Assembly: GCA_964369465.1 (NCBI GenBank)
Contig: CAYJEX010000003.1
Span: forward strand, 21,063-85,062
Reading direction: 5' to 3'
DNA length: 64,000 nt
From: an uncultured Oscillospiraceae bacterium
GTDB taxonomy: Bacteria; Bacillota; Clostridia; Peptostreptococcales; Anaerovoracaceae
The position numbers and the translations under genes were made by a program. Below, in pieces: positions 48,531-57,436 of the stretch. Position 1 is the first letter of the stretch. Each line of letters opens with the position of its first letter. The notes under the pieces were generated by a model. The model was not told the DNA's origin. It saw only the letters and a list, made by a program, of their open reading frames with translations, and made no database searches.

Positions 48531-49757
48531 TCATTTTCTAATTCTTGATTTTGTCGAGTATAGATAATATGACAATTGAACCAATGTAAGTCCTATTATT
48601 ACGAAAACAATATATATATAATACGTAGGAACATATGAACCTATCGAGTCAAATATCACTCCGGGAATAATTCCACCTACAGTTGCCCCTAACACAAGCA
48701 TTGCTTGAAAAAAACTCAATGACCTTGTGTAATATTGTGGTTGAAATAAATCCGATGTCCATATCGACACACATATCGTCCCAATAGGGGCTCCAAAGCC
48801 AACAAATATAGCAAATAATATTGGTGTAAAAATTCCACCATCAATTAAAAATACCATCAAAATTGCCATTGCCCATATTCCACCAATTATAAAATTGCTT
48901 TTTATTATTCCAATTTTATCTATTAAAATTCCTGCAACAATATTTCCTGGAATACCTGCTGCACCGTATACAGAGATAATTATTGATGTGAATATCGGAT
49001 CATATCCGAGCGATAGCAAAAGTGGTGCTATATGCCCAAATGTAGGCGCTATAGTAAATCCAAGCAGTAGGCATGAAGCTGAAATCGCAATAAATCGTTT
49101 TGAAAAATAGTTTGGCTTCTCCTGAACAATTGCTGTGGAAACTGATTTTTCATTAAAACCATATGGTTTCATCCCTTTATCTGAAGGAAAGTTTTTTACA
49201 ATAAGGAACACACAAATTGCAATTATCATCGAAAAAATAGATTGGCTTAACAATGCTATTTCCAAATTTGTACCTTCCATTATCAATGTAGCGATTGGCG
49301 ATAAAATAAATGTTGATATCCCTGTTGCTGCAGTTGCAAAACCTAATGCCATACCATTTTTTTTATCAAACCATCTGGAAATCAAAATAGAAACAGGAAT
49401 CATTGCAAAAGAACCATATCCTGCTCCAATAATAAATGTTCCTACTAATAATAGTAAATAATTTCCAGCACACATCAATATGAAATACCCAACTGAAATT
49501 AATAAACCAGCAAACAACGCTATTCTCCTAACAGAATACTTACTGTATAAGGAAGAAGATATAAAAATCGCAATTAGACCTGCTAAAGTAATCATACTTA
49601 TCAATGATGAACTTTGAGTTCTATTAAGATCAATTTTATCTGCTAAAGGGTCAATAAATATCGAAAAGGTATTAAATGCTATTCCTATACTTGAAAAAAG
49701 CATAAGTCCACAAGCGATAGTAATCACCCATCCATAATGAAAGCTATTTTTTGCCAT
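48531..49757 (-). CDS. MFS transporter (oxalate/formate-antiporter or monocarboxylate-like), paralogue 1
   Basis: 12 TM helices. The N-terminus HYGWVITIACGLMLFSSIGIAFNTFSIF is closely parallel to that of the ORF at 50636-51865. Confidence 0.85.
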   Translation of the reverse strand: MAKNSFHYGWVITIACGLMLFSSIGIAFNTFSIFIDPLADKIDLNRTQSSSLISMITLAGLIAIFISSSLYSKYSVRRIALFAGLLISVGYFILMCAGNYLLLLVGTFIIGAGYGSFAMIPVSILISRWFDKKNGMALGFATAATGISTFILSPIATLIMEGTNLEIALLSQSIFSMIIAICVFLIVKNFPSDKGMKPYGFNEKSVSTAIVQEKPNYFSKRFIAISASCLLLGFTIAPTFGHIAPLLLSLGYDPIFTSIIISVYGAAGIPGNIVAGILIDKIGIIKSNFIIGGIWAMAILMVFLIDGGIFTPILFAIFVGFGAPIGTICVSIWTSDLFQPQYYTRSLSFFQAMLVLGATVGGIIPGVIFDSIGSYVPTYYIYIVFVIIGLTLVQLSYYLYSTKSRIRK

Positions 49758-50646
49758 AGTTCACTCCAATTATTCCAATAATCATAAATGCTGTACCTAA
49801 AAAAGTACTAAATGTTGCTGCTTCACCTAATATAAGAATTCCTAAAACTACGCCTGTTACTGTTGTTCCACTCAAAACAATAGCACTTGCAGAATGGACA
49901 GGTAAATTAGCTAAAGCATAATTAAATGATACAAATCCACAAAACGAACTAAGAATTCCAAGATACGCAACTTCTATAAAGTAATCCATACTTCCATATA
50001 TTGTAGTATAAGTTTCAATACCAAATCCGCAAATAAAATTCAAGGAATTAAAAACTATACTTCCAACTATAGTCATTACATATGTAATTTCAAATGACGA
50101 ATATTTTGAAGAATACTTGCTGACAGAGCCAGAATATATAGCTCCAACTAGCACCGCTGCCAAAAGGACGAAATATCCCGTAATGTTTCCTCCGACTTTG
50201 AAATTTCCACCAAACAAAGTCATAATAATTACTCCTGCAAAAGAAAGAATAATACAAAGAATTTGAAGCAATGTTACTTTTTGTTTTAAAAATACTCCTG
50301 CTACAATTAGCGCAACTATAGGTGCAAGTGCAAGAAAAACAGAACCTTCAGATGCTGTCGTCATAGCTACTCCTGAAACTTCTAAGCTACCATATATACA
50401 TGGTTGTATTATTCCAATTATTAACAAAACACCTATATCTTTTTTATTATACCTCACTTTAACAATTTTTAATAATATGAAAAACGACATTACTATAAGT
50501 GCCAATATAAGCCTTGTTGCCATTAGTTGGATCATATGAATTTCACTCGTTATATCTTTAATAACGACCATAGATCCACCCCATATTAATGCGGCAATCA
50601 CTCCCAGAAAATATGCAAGCATTGTTTTTTTCTTATTATTTTTCAT
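49744..50646 (-). CDS. DMT superfamily (EamA-type) transporter
   Basis: 10 TM helices with a two-EamA-repeat architecture. It overlaps both flanking MFS genes, by 11 nt and 14 nt. Confidence 0.85.
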   Translation of the reverse strand: MKNNKKKTMLAYFLGVIAALIWGGSMVVIKDITSEIHMIQLMATRLILALIVMSFFILLKIVKVRYNKKDIGVLLIIGIIQPCIYGSLEVSGVAMTTASEGSVFLALAPIVALIVAGVFLKQKVTLLQILCIILSFAGVIIMTLFGGNFKVGGNITGYFVLLAAVLVGAIYSGSVSKYSSKYSSFEITYVMTIVGSIVFNSLNFICGFGIETYTTIYGSMDYFIEVAYLGILSSFCGFVSFNYALANLPVHSASAIVLSGTTVTGVVLGILILGEAATFSTFLGTAFMIIGIIGVNYGKK

Positions 50647-51865
50647 CTTTTTTCTCCAAGTTCTTCTTATGCATATACTTTATTTGAATAATTGTGACGC
50701 CTACAACAACACATGCAATAAATATATAAAATGTCGGAATGTATGATCCCTTCATATCAAAGACTATACCTGGTAATAATGAACCAATCGCAGCTCCGAA
50801 GGAAAAAAATGCTTGAATTGTAGTTAAAGATCTTGTATAGTGTTTTGCTTTTACTAAGTCACCTGTCCAAATAGGAACAAAAACTGTCCCAATCGGACCT
50901 CCAAGGCCTACAAATATCGCAAAAATTATTGCGATTAAATGACCACCATCTATTAAAAACGGAACAATCATTGCAGCCAACCAATATCCAACTACAATAA
51001 AATTCGATTTGAATATTCCAACTTTGTCAATCATTACCCCTGATGCAATTTTACTCAACATAATTGTTATGCCATATACAGATATCATCAAAGAAGAAAA
51101 CATAGGTGAATATCCGATTGAAATCAGTATTGGTGCTACATGGCCATATATAGCTGCTAACGTAGAACCAAAAAGAAAAGCGGCAATAGCAAGTGTAATA
51201 AAATTCAACGTAAGATAATTAGGTTTTTCCTGAGGAATTTCTTTGATTTTTTCCTCTTCTTCATATCCATACGGTTTTATATTTTTTTCATCAGGGTAGT
51301 TTCTAATTAAAATATAGGATATCGTTGCAATGAGCATAGCCACAACTGCTTGTGTAATCAATGCAGCCTCCAGAGACACTGTTTCAATTATCCCAGTAAG
51401 TAAAGGGGGCAATATAAATGTCGAGATCCCCGTTGCTGATGTAGCCAAACCAATTGCTGTTCCTCTTTTTTTGAAAAACCATCTCTTCATTAAAATTGAA
51501 ACAGGTACCATTGTATACGTCCCATATCCCACCCCTAAAAGAGATGCCCCCACTAAGACTACTATGTAATTATTTGCAAATGCCAAAAGTGCATATCCAG
51601 CTGTTATTGATAATCCACATAAAAAAGATACGTGTCTTACACTTTTTTTCACATAGAAAGACGATGAAAATAGAATTCCTATAACTGCCATCAAGCTTAA
51701 TATACTTATTAACGAGGATGTCTGTGTTCCAGTCATTCCTATTTTAGCTGCTAAAGGTTCCAAGAATACAGTAAATGTATTAAATGCTATCCCTAGGCCC
51801 GAAAATAGGATTAGTCCACATGCAATTGTTATTATCCATCCGTAATGAATTTTATTTTGCGTCAT
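50636..51865 (-). CDS. MFS transporter, paralogue 2
   Basis: Same architecture and many identical blocks as 48531-49757. The RBS is GAGGAG. Confidence 0.85.
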   Translation of the reverse strand: MTQNKIHYGWIITIACGLILFSGLGIAFNTFTVFLEPLAAKIGMTGTQTSSLISILSLMAVIGILFSSSFYVKKSVRHVSFLCGLSITAGYALLAFANNYIVVLVGASLLGVGYGTYTMVPVSILMKRWFFKKRGTAIGLATSATGISTFILPPLLTGIIETVSLEAALITQAVVAMLIATISYILIRNYPDEKNIKPYGYEEEEKIKEIPQEKPNYLTLNFITLAIAAFLFGSTLAAIYGHVAPILISIGYSPMFSSLMISVYGITIMLSKIASGVMIDKVGIFKSNFIVVGYWLAAMIVPFLIDGGHLIAIIFAIFVGLGGPIGTVFVPIWTGDLVKAKHYTRSLTTIQAFFSFGAAIGSLLPGIVFDMKGSYIPTFYIFIACVVVGVTIIQIKYMHKKNLEKKDEK

Positions 51866-52042
51866 TTCTTACTCCTCTTCATACATTTTGTGTATATTTT
51901 TTAATATCATAATTGTCTTTTTCAAGTTATTTATTAAATAATATTTCAAAGACCTCAGTTATACTGAGGTCATATTATTCATAATTTTACATCTTTATTT
52001 TAAATATAATATTATTTTATTCTAAGTACTTTATAGTTCTAA

Positions 52043-53839
52043 TTAAGTTTTATCTACTGAAACATGCATTTCTTCTGTAACCTTAGCACCAAGATTATAT
52101 ATGCTTTTTTCTAACTGTAAAATTATATTATTAATTTCAACAAAATCTTTAGCTGGAATTTCTTTTTCTAATACAGCTTTTGATTGCGCCAACACATTCT
52201 CTATGGACTCTCTTAGTACTGGAATTTTGTTTTTTGTATTTGCAATCTGCTCTTTTGTTACTATCTCTTCTTCCACTACAGTTGAAGTAGCATATCTGGT
52301 TTTATTGTTAATATCATTAGTCTTTATCGAGTTCTTTAAAGATATAGTTTCCATTTTGCTTTCTTCAGATTTAAATGTAGAAACACTTTCTTTTGGTGTG
52401 AGTTCTGAGGAAATATCTGTTGACGTTCCTTCAACTAGATCATATTCATAATAGCCATCTATAGCTTTAGCATTATAACCTAATTTTTCTTTGATTTTAT
52501 TAGCAAGTTCTAATTTTGAATCACCTTCTCCATGAACAAGAAAAATCTCACTTGGCTCTTTTTCGAACCCTCCAAGCCATTCGACTAATCCATTCTGATC
52601 TGCATGGCCAGAAAATCCCTCCAAATTATGAATTTGAGCATTTACAATTATTTCTTCCCCAAACAACTTTATCATATCAGCCCCTTCAACAATAAGTCTT
52701 CCTAATGTTCCTTCTGCTTGATATCCAACAAAAATTATACTATTTTTTTCATCCCATAATGTATGCTTTAGATGGTGTCTAATTCTACCTGCTTCACACA
52801 TTCCACTTGCAGATATTATAACTTTCGGCTCTTTATTCATATTCAGTTGTTTCGATTCTTCCGCATCTCTCGTAAATTTAAGATTCTTAAAATCTAATGG
52901 GTTATCGCCTTGCATGATATATTCTTTAGTTTCTTCGTCAAAGACTTGAGCATTTTTTCTAAATACTTCTGTTGTATTTGTTGCCATCGGGCTATCAATA
53001 TACACAAATAAATCATCAAGTTCATTTCTCAAATCATCTCTATCTTCATATAATCTATTCAATTGATAAATAAGCTCCTGCGTTCTTCCAACCGCAAATG
53101 AAGGAATTACAACTGTGCCTCCTCTTTTCTTTGTTTCTAATATAATATTAAATAGTTCATCAACACTTGCTGCTCCTTCTGGATGTAACCTGTTTCCATA
53201 TGTGGATTCCATAATTACATAATCAGCTTTTTTTATTATTGTTGGGTCTCTAAGAATTGGTCTTCCTGCCACACCTAAATCTCCAGAAAATACTGTTTTT
53301 GTAGTCTCATCGCCCTCAGTAACCCAAAGTTCAACAACGGCAGAGCCTAATATATGTCCTGCATCGTTAAATACCACTTTCATTTGATCATTTATCTCTG
53401 CAAGTTGATCATACAATATTGGAGCAAGAAATTTAAGCGCTTTTTCGGCATCTTTCGTTGTATATAAAGGCTCTACAGGTTCTTTTCCAACTCTAAGAGC
53501 TTTTTTTGTCTTCCATTCTGCTTCTTTTTCATGAATGTATGCACTATCGCGAAGCATAATATGTAGCAAATCCGCTGTAGCATCTGTACAATATATTTTT
53601 CCTTCAAATCCTCTCTTTACTAACAAAGGCAATCTACCACAATGATCTATATGCGCATGACTTAACACTACACAATCTATTTCGGTAGGATCAAATGGAA
53701 ATTCAAGGAGATTTTCCGCTTCCATTTCCTTTCCTCCTTGAAACTGTCCACAATCAAGTAACACTTTATGGTTTTCGGTAGTAATCATATGGCAAGATCC
53801 TGTCACAGATGTTGCAGCACCACAAAATTTAATTTTCAT
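52043..53839 (-). CDS. beta-CASP family MBL-fold (RNase J / CPSF-like) metallo-hydrolase with a C-terminal extension of about 150 aa
   Basis: The HAHIDHCG motif, beta-CASP region, and GFSGHAD and LVHGE motifs identify the core. The tail is low-complexity and helical. Confidence 0.85.
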   Translation of the reverse strand: MKIKFCGAATSVTGSCHMITTENHKVLLDCGQFQGGKEMEAENLLEFPFDPTEIDCVVLSHAHIDHCGRLPLLVKRGFEGKIYCTDATADLLHIMLRDSAYIHEKEAEWKTKKALRVGKEPVEPLYTTKDAEKALKFLAPILYDQLAEINDQMKVVFNDAGHILGSAVVELWVTEGDETTKTVFSGDLGVAGRPILRDPTIIKKADYVIMESTYGNRLHPEGAASVDELFNIILETKKRGGTVVIPSFAVGRTQELIYQLNRLYEDRDDLRNELDDLFVYIDSPMATNTTEVFRKNAQVFDEETKEYIMQGDNPLDFKNLKFTRDAEESKQLNMNKEPKVIISASGMCEAGRIRHHLKHTLWDEKNSIIFVGYQAEGTLGRLIVEGADMIKLFGEEIIVNAQIHNLEGFSGHADQNGLVEWLGGFEKEPSEIFLVHGEGDSKLELANKIKEKLGYNAKAIDGYYEYDLVEGTSTDISSELTPKESVSTFKSEESKMETISLKNSIKTNDINNKTRYATSTVVEEEIVTKEQIANTKNKIPVLRESIENVLAQSKAVLEKEIPAKDFVEINNIILQLEKSIYNLGAKVTEEMHVSVDKT

Positions 53840-54173
53840 ACTTTTGCTCCTTTCATTGTTATTACATTAATATATAAAATAAATTTCATATACAAAATTT
53901 TATTTCATTAATTGTTAGTAGTTTTAATATTACTAATATATGGAATTACAATTCAAAAGATAATTCCATATATATAATATCATATATACGAATGATTTAA
54001 ACTGGATTATGATAAATTTCTTAAATCTATACATATAGATATCACGACATATATTTTATTTTTTCCACAATTTATTATTGGTATATTCTATTTATATTTG
54101 CAGATAATATCAAATATGCCGCAACAAAAAATATCGATATTAAATTGAATATATATCAACTATGTTAGTTTAG

Positions 54174-54755
54174 TTAAATTGAAAATTGAAAAACAATTCC
54201 AACTACTGCTGAAATAAAAATGTAAAATATAGGATGAATTTTACTTGTTTTTTTAATTAGTATTGCAAAAATAAACACAATTGCAAACAAGATAACTGCC
54301 TTATAATTTATTGAGATATTTAACAAGTCATAAATATCAGGAGCTTTGTAAAAGAATGTTGAACCTATTACATAAATAAGTGCTACTGCAACAAGAGCAA
54401 TCGATGCAGGTCTAAGCCCATACATTGCCCCTTCAACAAATCTGTTTTCTTCAAACTTCGTAAAAACCTTATAGATAACCAGTGCAATAATTAAGGATGG
54501 TAATATTAATCCAATTGTAGCTAATGCTCCACCTAAAATCCCTCCAACTTCATATCCTACATAAGTAGCCATATTTATACCAATAGGACCAGGGGTTGCT
54601 TCTGAAACAGCCAACATATTGGCCAATTCCATAGAAGTAAACCAACCAGTTCTTTCTCCTAATTCATTTAAAAATGGAAGTGTAGCAAGTCCTCCGCCAA
54701 TTGCAAAAAGACCAATAAGTAAAAATTCAAAGAATAGATTGAGAAGAGTTGTCAT
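54174..54755 (-). CDS. short-chain chromate transporter (CHR) family protein, second half-size subunit
   Basis: LIGLFAIGGGLATLPF is the CHR motif. Its ATG at 54755 overlaps the upstream stop as ATGA. Confidence 0.85.
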   Translation of the reverse strand: MTTLLNLFFEFLLIGLFAIGGGLATLPFLNELGERTGWFTSMELANMLAVSEATPGPIGINMATYVGYEVGGILGGALATIGLILPSLIIALVIYKVFTKFEENRFVEGAMYGLRPASIALVAVALIYVIGSTFFYKAPDIYDLLNISINYKAVILFAIVFIFAILIKKTSKIHPIFYIFISAVVGIVFQFSI

Positions 54756-55306
54756 GATTTCTTCCTCCTTTTTGTAAAAGTAATCAAGACACCTATCGCC
54801 CCTGCAATTATTACAAAAATTATTGGAGTAACATTGAGCATTATTGAACAACACATAACAGCAACTGAAATAAAGAATGTATATATATCAACTATAGATG
54901 TTTTCCACAGACTTAATATTGCTTTAATTATCAAAACTGTAACACATGCTCTAATTGCTACGAAAGCATCTTGCACAGCTTGAATATGATCAAAGTTTGA
55001 TAATACACTGGCAACTATCGAAATTATAACAAAAGAAGGAAAAACCACTCCAAGCGAAGCAGCTATTCCTCCAAGTTTTTTTCCTCTTTTCGTCCCAATA
55101 AATACCGCAACATTAGATGCTATAATTCCTGGCATACATTGTGACAATGCGAAATAATCTCCAAGTTTTTTCTTAGATACCCACTCTCTCTTTTCAACAA
55201 GTTCCTTTTGCAAAATAGGTAATATTGCATATCCACCACCAAATGCCATAACACCAATTTTAGCAAATACCAGAAATAAAGTTAGGTATAGTTTAATTTT
55301 TTTCAT
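54752..55306 (-). CDS. short-chain chromate transporter (CHR) family protein, first half-size subunit
   Basis: AKIGVMAFGGGYAILP is the CHR motif. Its start abuts the lipoprotein stop (TAAATG). Confidence 0.85.
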   Translation of the reverse strand: MKKIKLYLTLFLVFAKIGVMAFGGGYAILPILQKELVEKREWVSKKKLGDYFALSQCMPGIIASNVAVFIGTKRGKKLGGIAASLGVVFPSFVIISIVASVLSNFDHIQAVQDAFVAIRACVTVLIIKAILSLWKTSIVDIYTFFISVAVMCCSIMLNVTPIIFVIIAGAIGVLITFTKRRKKS

Positions 55307-55666
55307 TTATTCTTCTTCTACAAGTTTTGTCAATGTATATTCAATTTCATCAAGATTGAAAGAATAAATATCTCCTTCAGAATATAAAAATGAAACTGTT
55401 GTGCCCATACCATCTGTAATATTGATACCTTCTTCAGTTTCTGCCCATGTTACAGGGCTATTCATTCCATCAATTGACATTATTCCATTCCCATCTTGTT
55501 CAATCACAAGAGTAATTAATGCTTCTTCTCCCAATTCCTTCATCATTTCTTTGCCATCAATGAGTATACTTGTCGTCTCCCATGTTCCTATATTTTTGTC
55601 CGGCGTACAAGCAACAACTGTACTTAAAATCATTATTAACACTACTATAATTGCTATTTTTTTCAT
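55307..55666 (-). CDS. small lipoprotein (lipocalin-like?)
   Basis: The signal peptide has a lipobox (LSTVVAC). The mature part is about 100 aa and acidic. Confidence 0.7.
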   Translation of the reverse strand: MKKIAIIVVLIMILSTVVACTPDKNIGTWETTSILIDGKEMMKELGEEALITLVIEQDGNGIMSIDGMNSPVTWAETEEGINITDGMGTTVSFLYSEGDIYSFNLDEIEYTLTKLVEEE

Positions 55667-55702
55667 AATCTTCTCCTATAATATTAAAAACTACTTAATT
55701 TA

Positions 55703-56893
55703 TTATAAGCTAAATTTTTTAATCAATTTATCCATTTCTTTTTCATTTTTTTTGCCACCTTCAATTTCAAATAATGTTTCAAATGATGATTTAACAAATA
55801 TTTTCAAAATATCCTTCAAACACTTAGTTGTAACTTCATCAAAATTTTTCATTGCGTTTGAGAATAATTCTATTGTCTTTTTGGGCCCTAGTTCTGCAAA
55901 ATCCGTTATTTTTTCAGTTTTTGCTTCATCAATTACGGAAAAAAGAGCGTTAACTATTGTTTTACGTTGATTAATATCTACTTGTGCTACAACATTATCC
56001 AATGTTTTGTTTAGATGTGAGGACGTCGATGATAAAGAGTTACATAATTTGAAATGATCTTTCTCAATTTGCCATGTAAATAAGTCATGTTGCAAAATTG
56101 TATAAGTTGAGCTTTTAACAATTTGAGGGTCTACACGACTTTCTAACAACATACCTACAATAGATGATTCTGGAACAAGTTTGAATATTTTATCGTTAAT
56201 ATTTCTATATCCTTCAGTATCAAGTATCTCAGGAAGAAATCCTGGGCCATCGTAATTGAAAATCTTCACAATGTTTTTTTGAGTTTTCCGCTTTGCAAAT
56301 GCACTCCCATATATTGCGAGATTGCCTCCCTTTGAATGTCCTGCTAGGTATATATTTTTGTTTAGTTTAAATTTTATTTTTTTCGCTACACTATCAATAT
56401 ATTCTACGGCAGACAGTTGGCTTGGAACTGGAGAAAGAAATGCCATATTAAAATCTTCTTTCCATCCAATAATCGTTGCATCTGTTCCTCTAATAGCAAT
56501 GACATATTCTCCTGTTGGAATTTTTAATGTAATAGCATGAAACTGTTCTTCCGTTTTTTTGTCATACTTGTCAAGCCTATAATTAAGAGCAATATCTCTA
56601 TATCTTGGGCTAGCACATAACAAAGTGATAAATTCTTGGTTTTCTTTAGGCGCAAACGTTTCTGATACATAATTTCTGAAATTTTCTGATTTGTAAAGCG
56701 ATGCTATTGAGACCCATCGCTTCCTTTCCTTTATATCTGGAACTACAGAATAGAACTCCAAATAGCTCAATTGTGAAAATACAAGTCCATCAAGTTCATT
56801 AATCGAATGTTCTTCAAACGTTCTCATTTCATTTTTTATATATTCAATTATATTCATTGATTTATGCTTATTAACGTCTTTTTTATTTTCCAT
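55703..56893 (-). CDS. DUF2974 / Mbeg1-like alpha/beta hydrolase (lipase class 3-like)
   Basis: The nucleophile elbow is YLAGHSKGGNLAIY, within an alpha/beta-fold context. The listed start at 56950 lies inside the promoter. The ATG at 56893 follows GGAGGG/AAGG. Confidence 0.7.
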   Translation of the reverse strand: MENKKDVNKHKSMNIIEYIKNEMRTFEEHSINELDGLVFSQLSYLEFYSVVPDIKERKRWVSIASLYKSENFRNYVSETFAPKENQEFITLLCASPRYRDIALNYRLDKYDKKTEEQFHAITLKIPTGEYVIAIRGTDATIIGWKEDFNMAFLSPVPSQLSAVEYIDSVAKKIKFKLNKNIYLAGHSKGGNLAIYGSAFAKRKTQKNIVKIFNYDGPGFLPEILDTEGYRNINDKIFKLVPESSIVGMLLESRVDPQIVKSSTYTILQHDLFTWQIEKDHFKLCNSLSSTSSHLNKTLDNVVAQVDINQRKTIVNALFSVIDEAKTEKITDFAELGPKKTIELFSNAMKNFDEVTTKCLKDILKIFVKSSFETLFEIEGGKKNEKEMDKLIKKFSL

Positions 56894-56935
56894 TACTGCC
56901 TTGTCCCTCCGACCATTAGATTTCATCATATAAAT

Positions 56936-56964
56936 ATTATAAAGTCGCATTCGTTCATTGTCAA
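56936..56964 (-). promoter_or_regulatory. perfect consensus sigma-A promoter
   Basis: On the minus strand TTGACA (56964-56959) is followed by a 17-nt spacer and TATAAT (56941-56936). Confidence 0.7.
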
Positions 56965-56968
56965 TGTT

Positions 56969-57020
56969 GCATATTGGGGATCATTGTTTTTACAGCGTAT
57001 TGGAGATCATTGCTTTTACA
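56969..57020. repeat. tandem 26-bp direct repeat (two copies, 23/26 identical)
   Basis: gcatattggggatcattgtttttaca (56969-56994) is immediately followed by gcgtattggagatcattgcttttaca (56995-57020). Confidence 0.9.
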
Positions 57021-57080
57021 TTAGTAAAAATCTACCATGAAGATATACCTTATATTATCATCATCATTTTATATCAAAAA

Positions 57081-57434
57081 TTAGCTATGTTTAGTATGAA
57101 TAATTGCCTGTTTAAGTATTTCTATTACATGATCATCATTAATAGAGTAGTACACATTTTTTCCAAATTTTTCACTCTTTACATGTCTTGAATTTTTCAA
57201 AACTTTCAGTTGATGCGAAACAGCAGATTTTGTCATATCAAGAATAACTGCAATATCATTAACACATATTGTGTTTTCCGAAAGCACAAGGAGAATTTTC
57301 AGTCTAGTTTCATCTCCTATTACTCTAAAAAAATTAGAAACTGTATCAGTATCAACTTCACTTTCAAGTTTTTTCTTTATGTTTTCTACAATTTTTATAT
57401 CATTAGCATCGCAATCACAAGTTTTTTTTGACAT
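57081..57434 (-). CDS. cadC: ArsR/SmtB-family metalloregulator, CadC-like
   Basis: The wHTH region is ETRLKILLVL....CVNDIAVILDMTKSAVSHQLKVLK. The N-terminal Cys pair is KKTCDCD. The ATG at 57434 lies 2 nt after the ATPase stop. Confidence 0.85.
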   Translation of the reverse strand: MSKKTCDCDANDIKIVENIKKKLESEVDTDTVSNFFRVIGDETRLKILLVLSENTICVNDIAVILDMTKSAVSHQLKVLKNSRHVKSEKFGKNVYYSINDDHVIEILKQAIIHTKHS

Positions 57435-57436
57435 TA

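Noticed and set aside
53936-53973. A 13-bp perfect AT-only hairpin (atatatggaatta ... taattccatatat) in the 334-bp chrA/beta-CASP spacer
   Set aside because: It is made entirely of A/T and a GG/CC pair, has no U-tract on either strand, and lies 200 bp from the nearest stop codon. It is plausibly a chance palindrome in very AT-rich DNA, so I did not call it a terminator.
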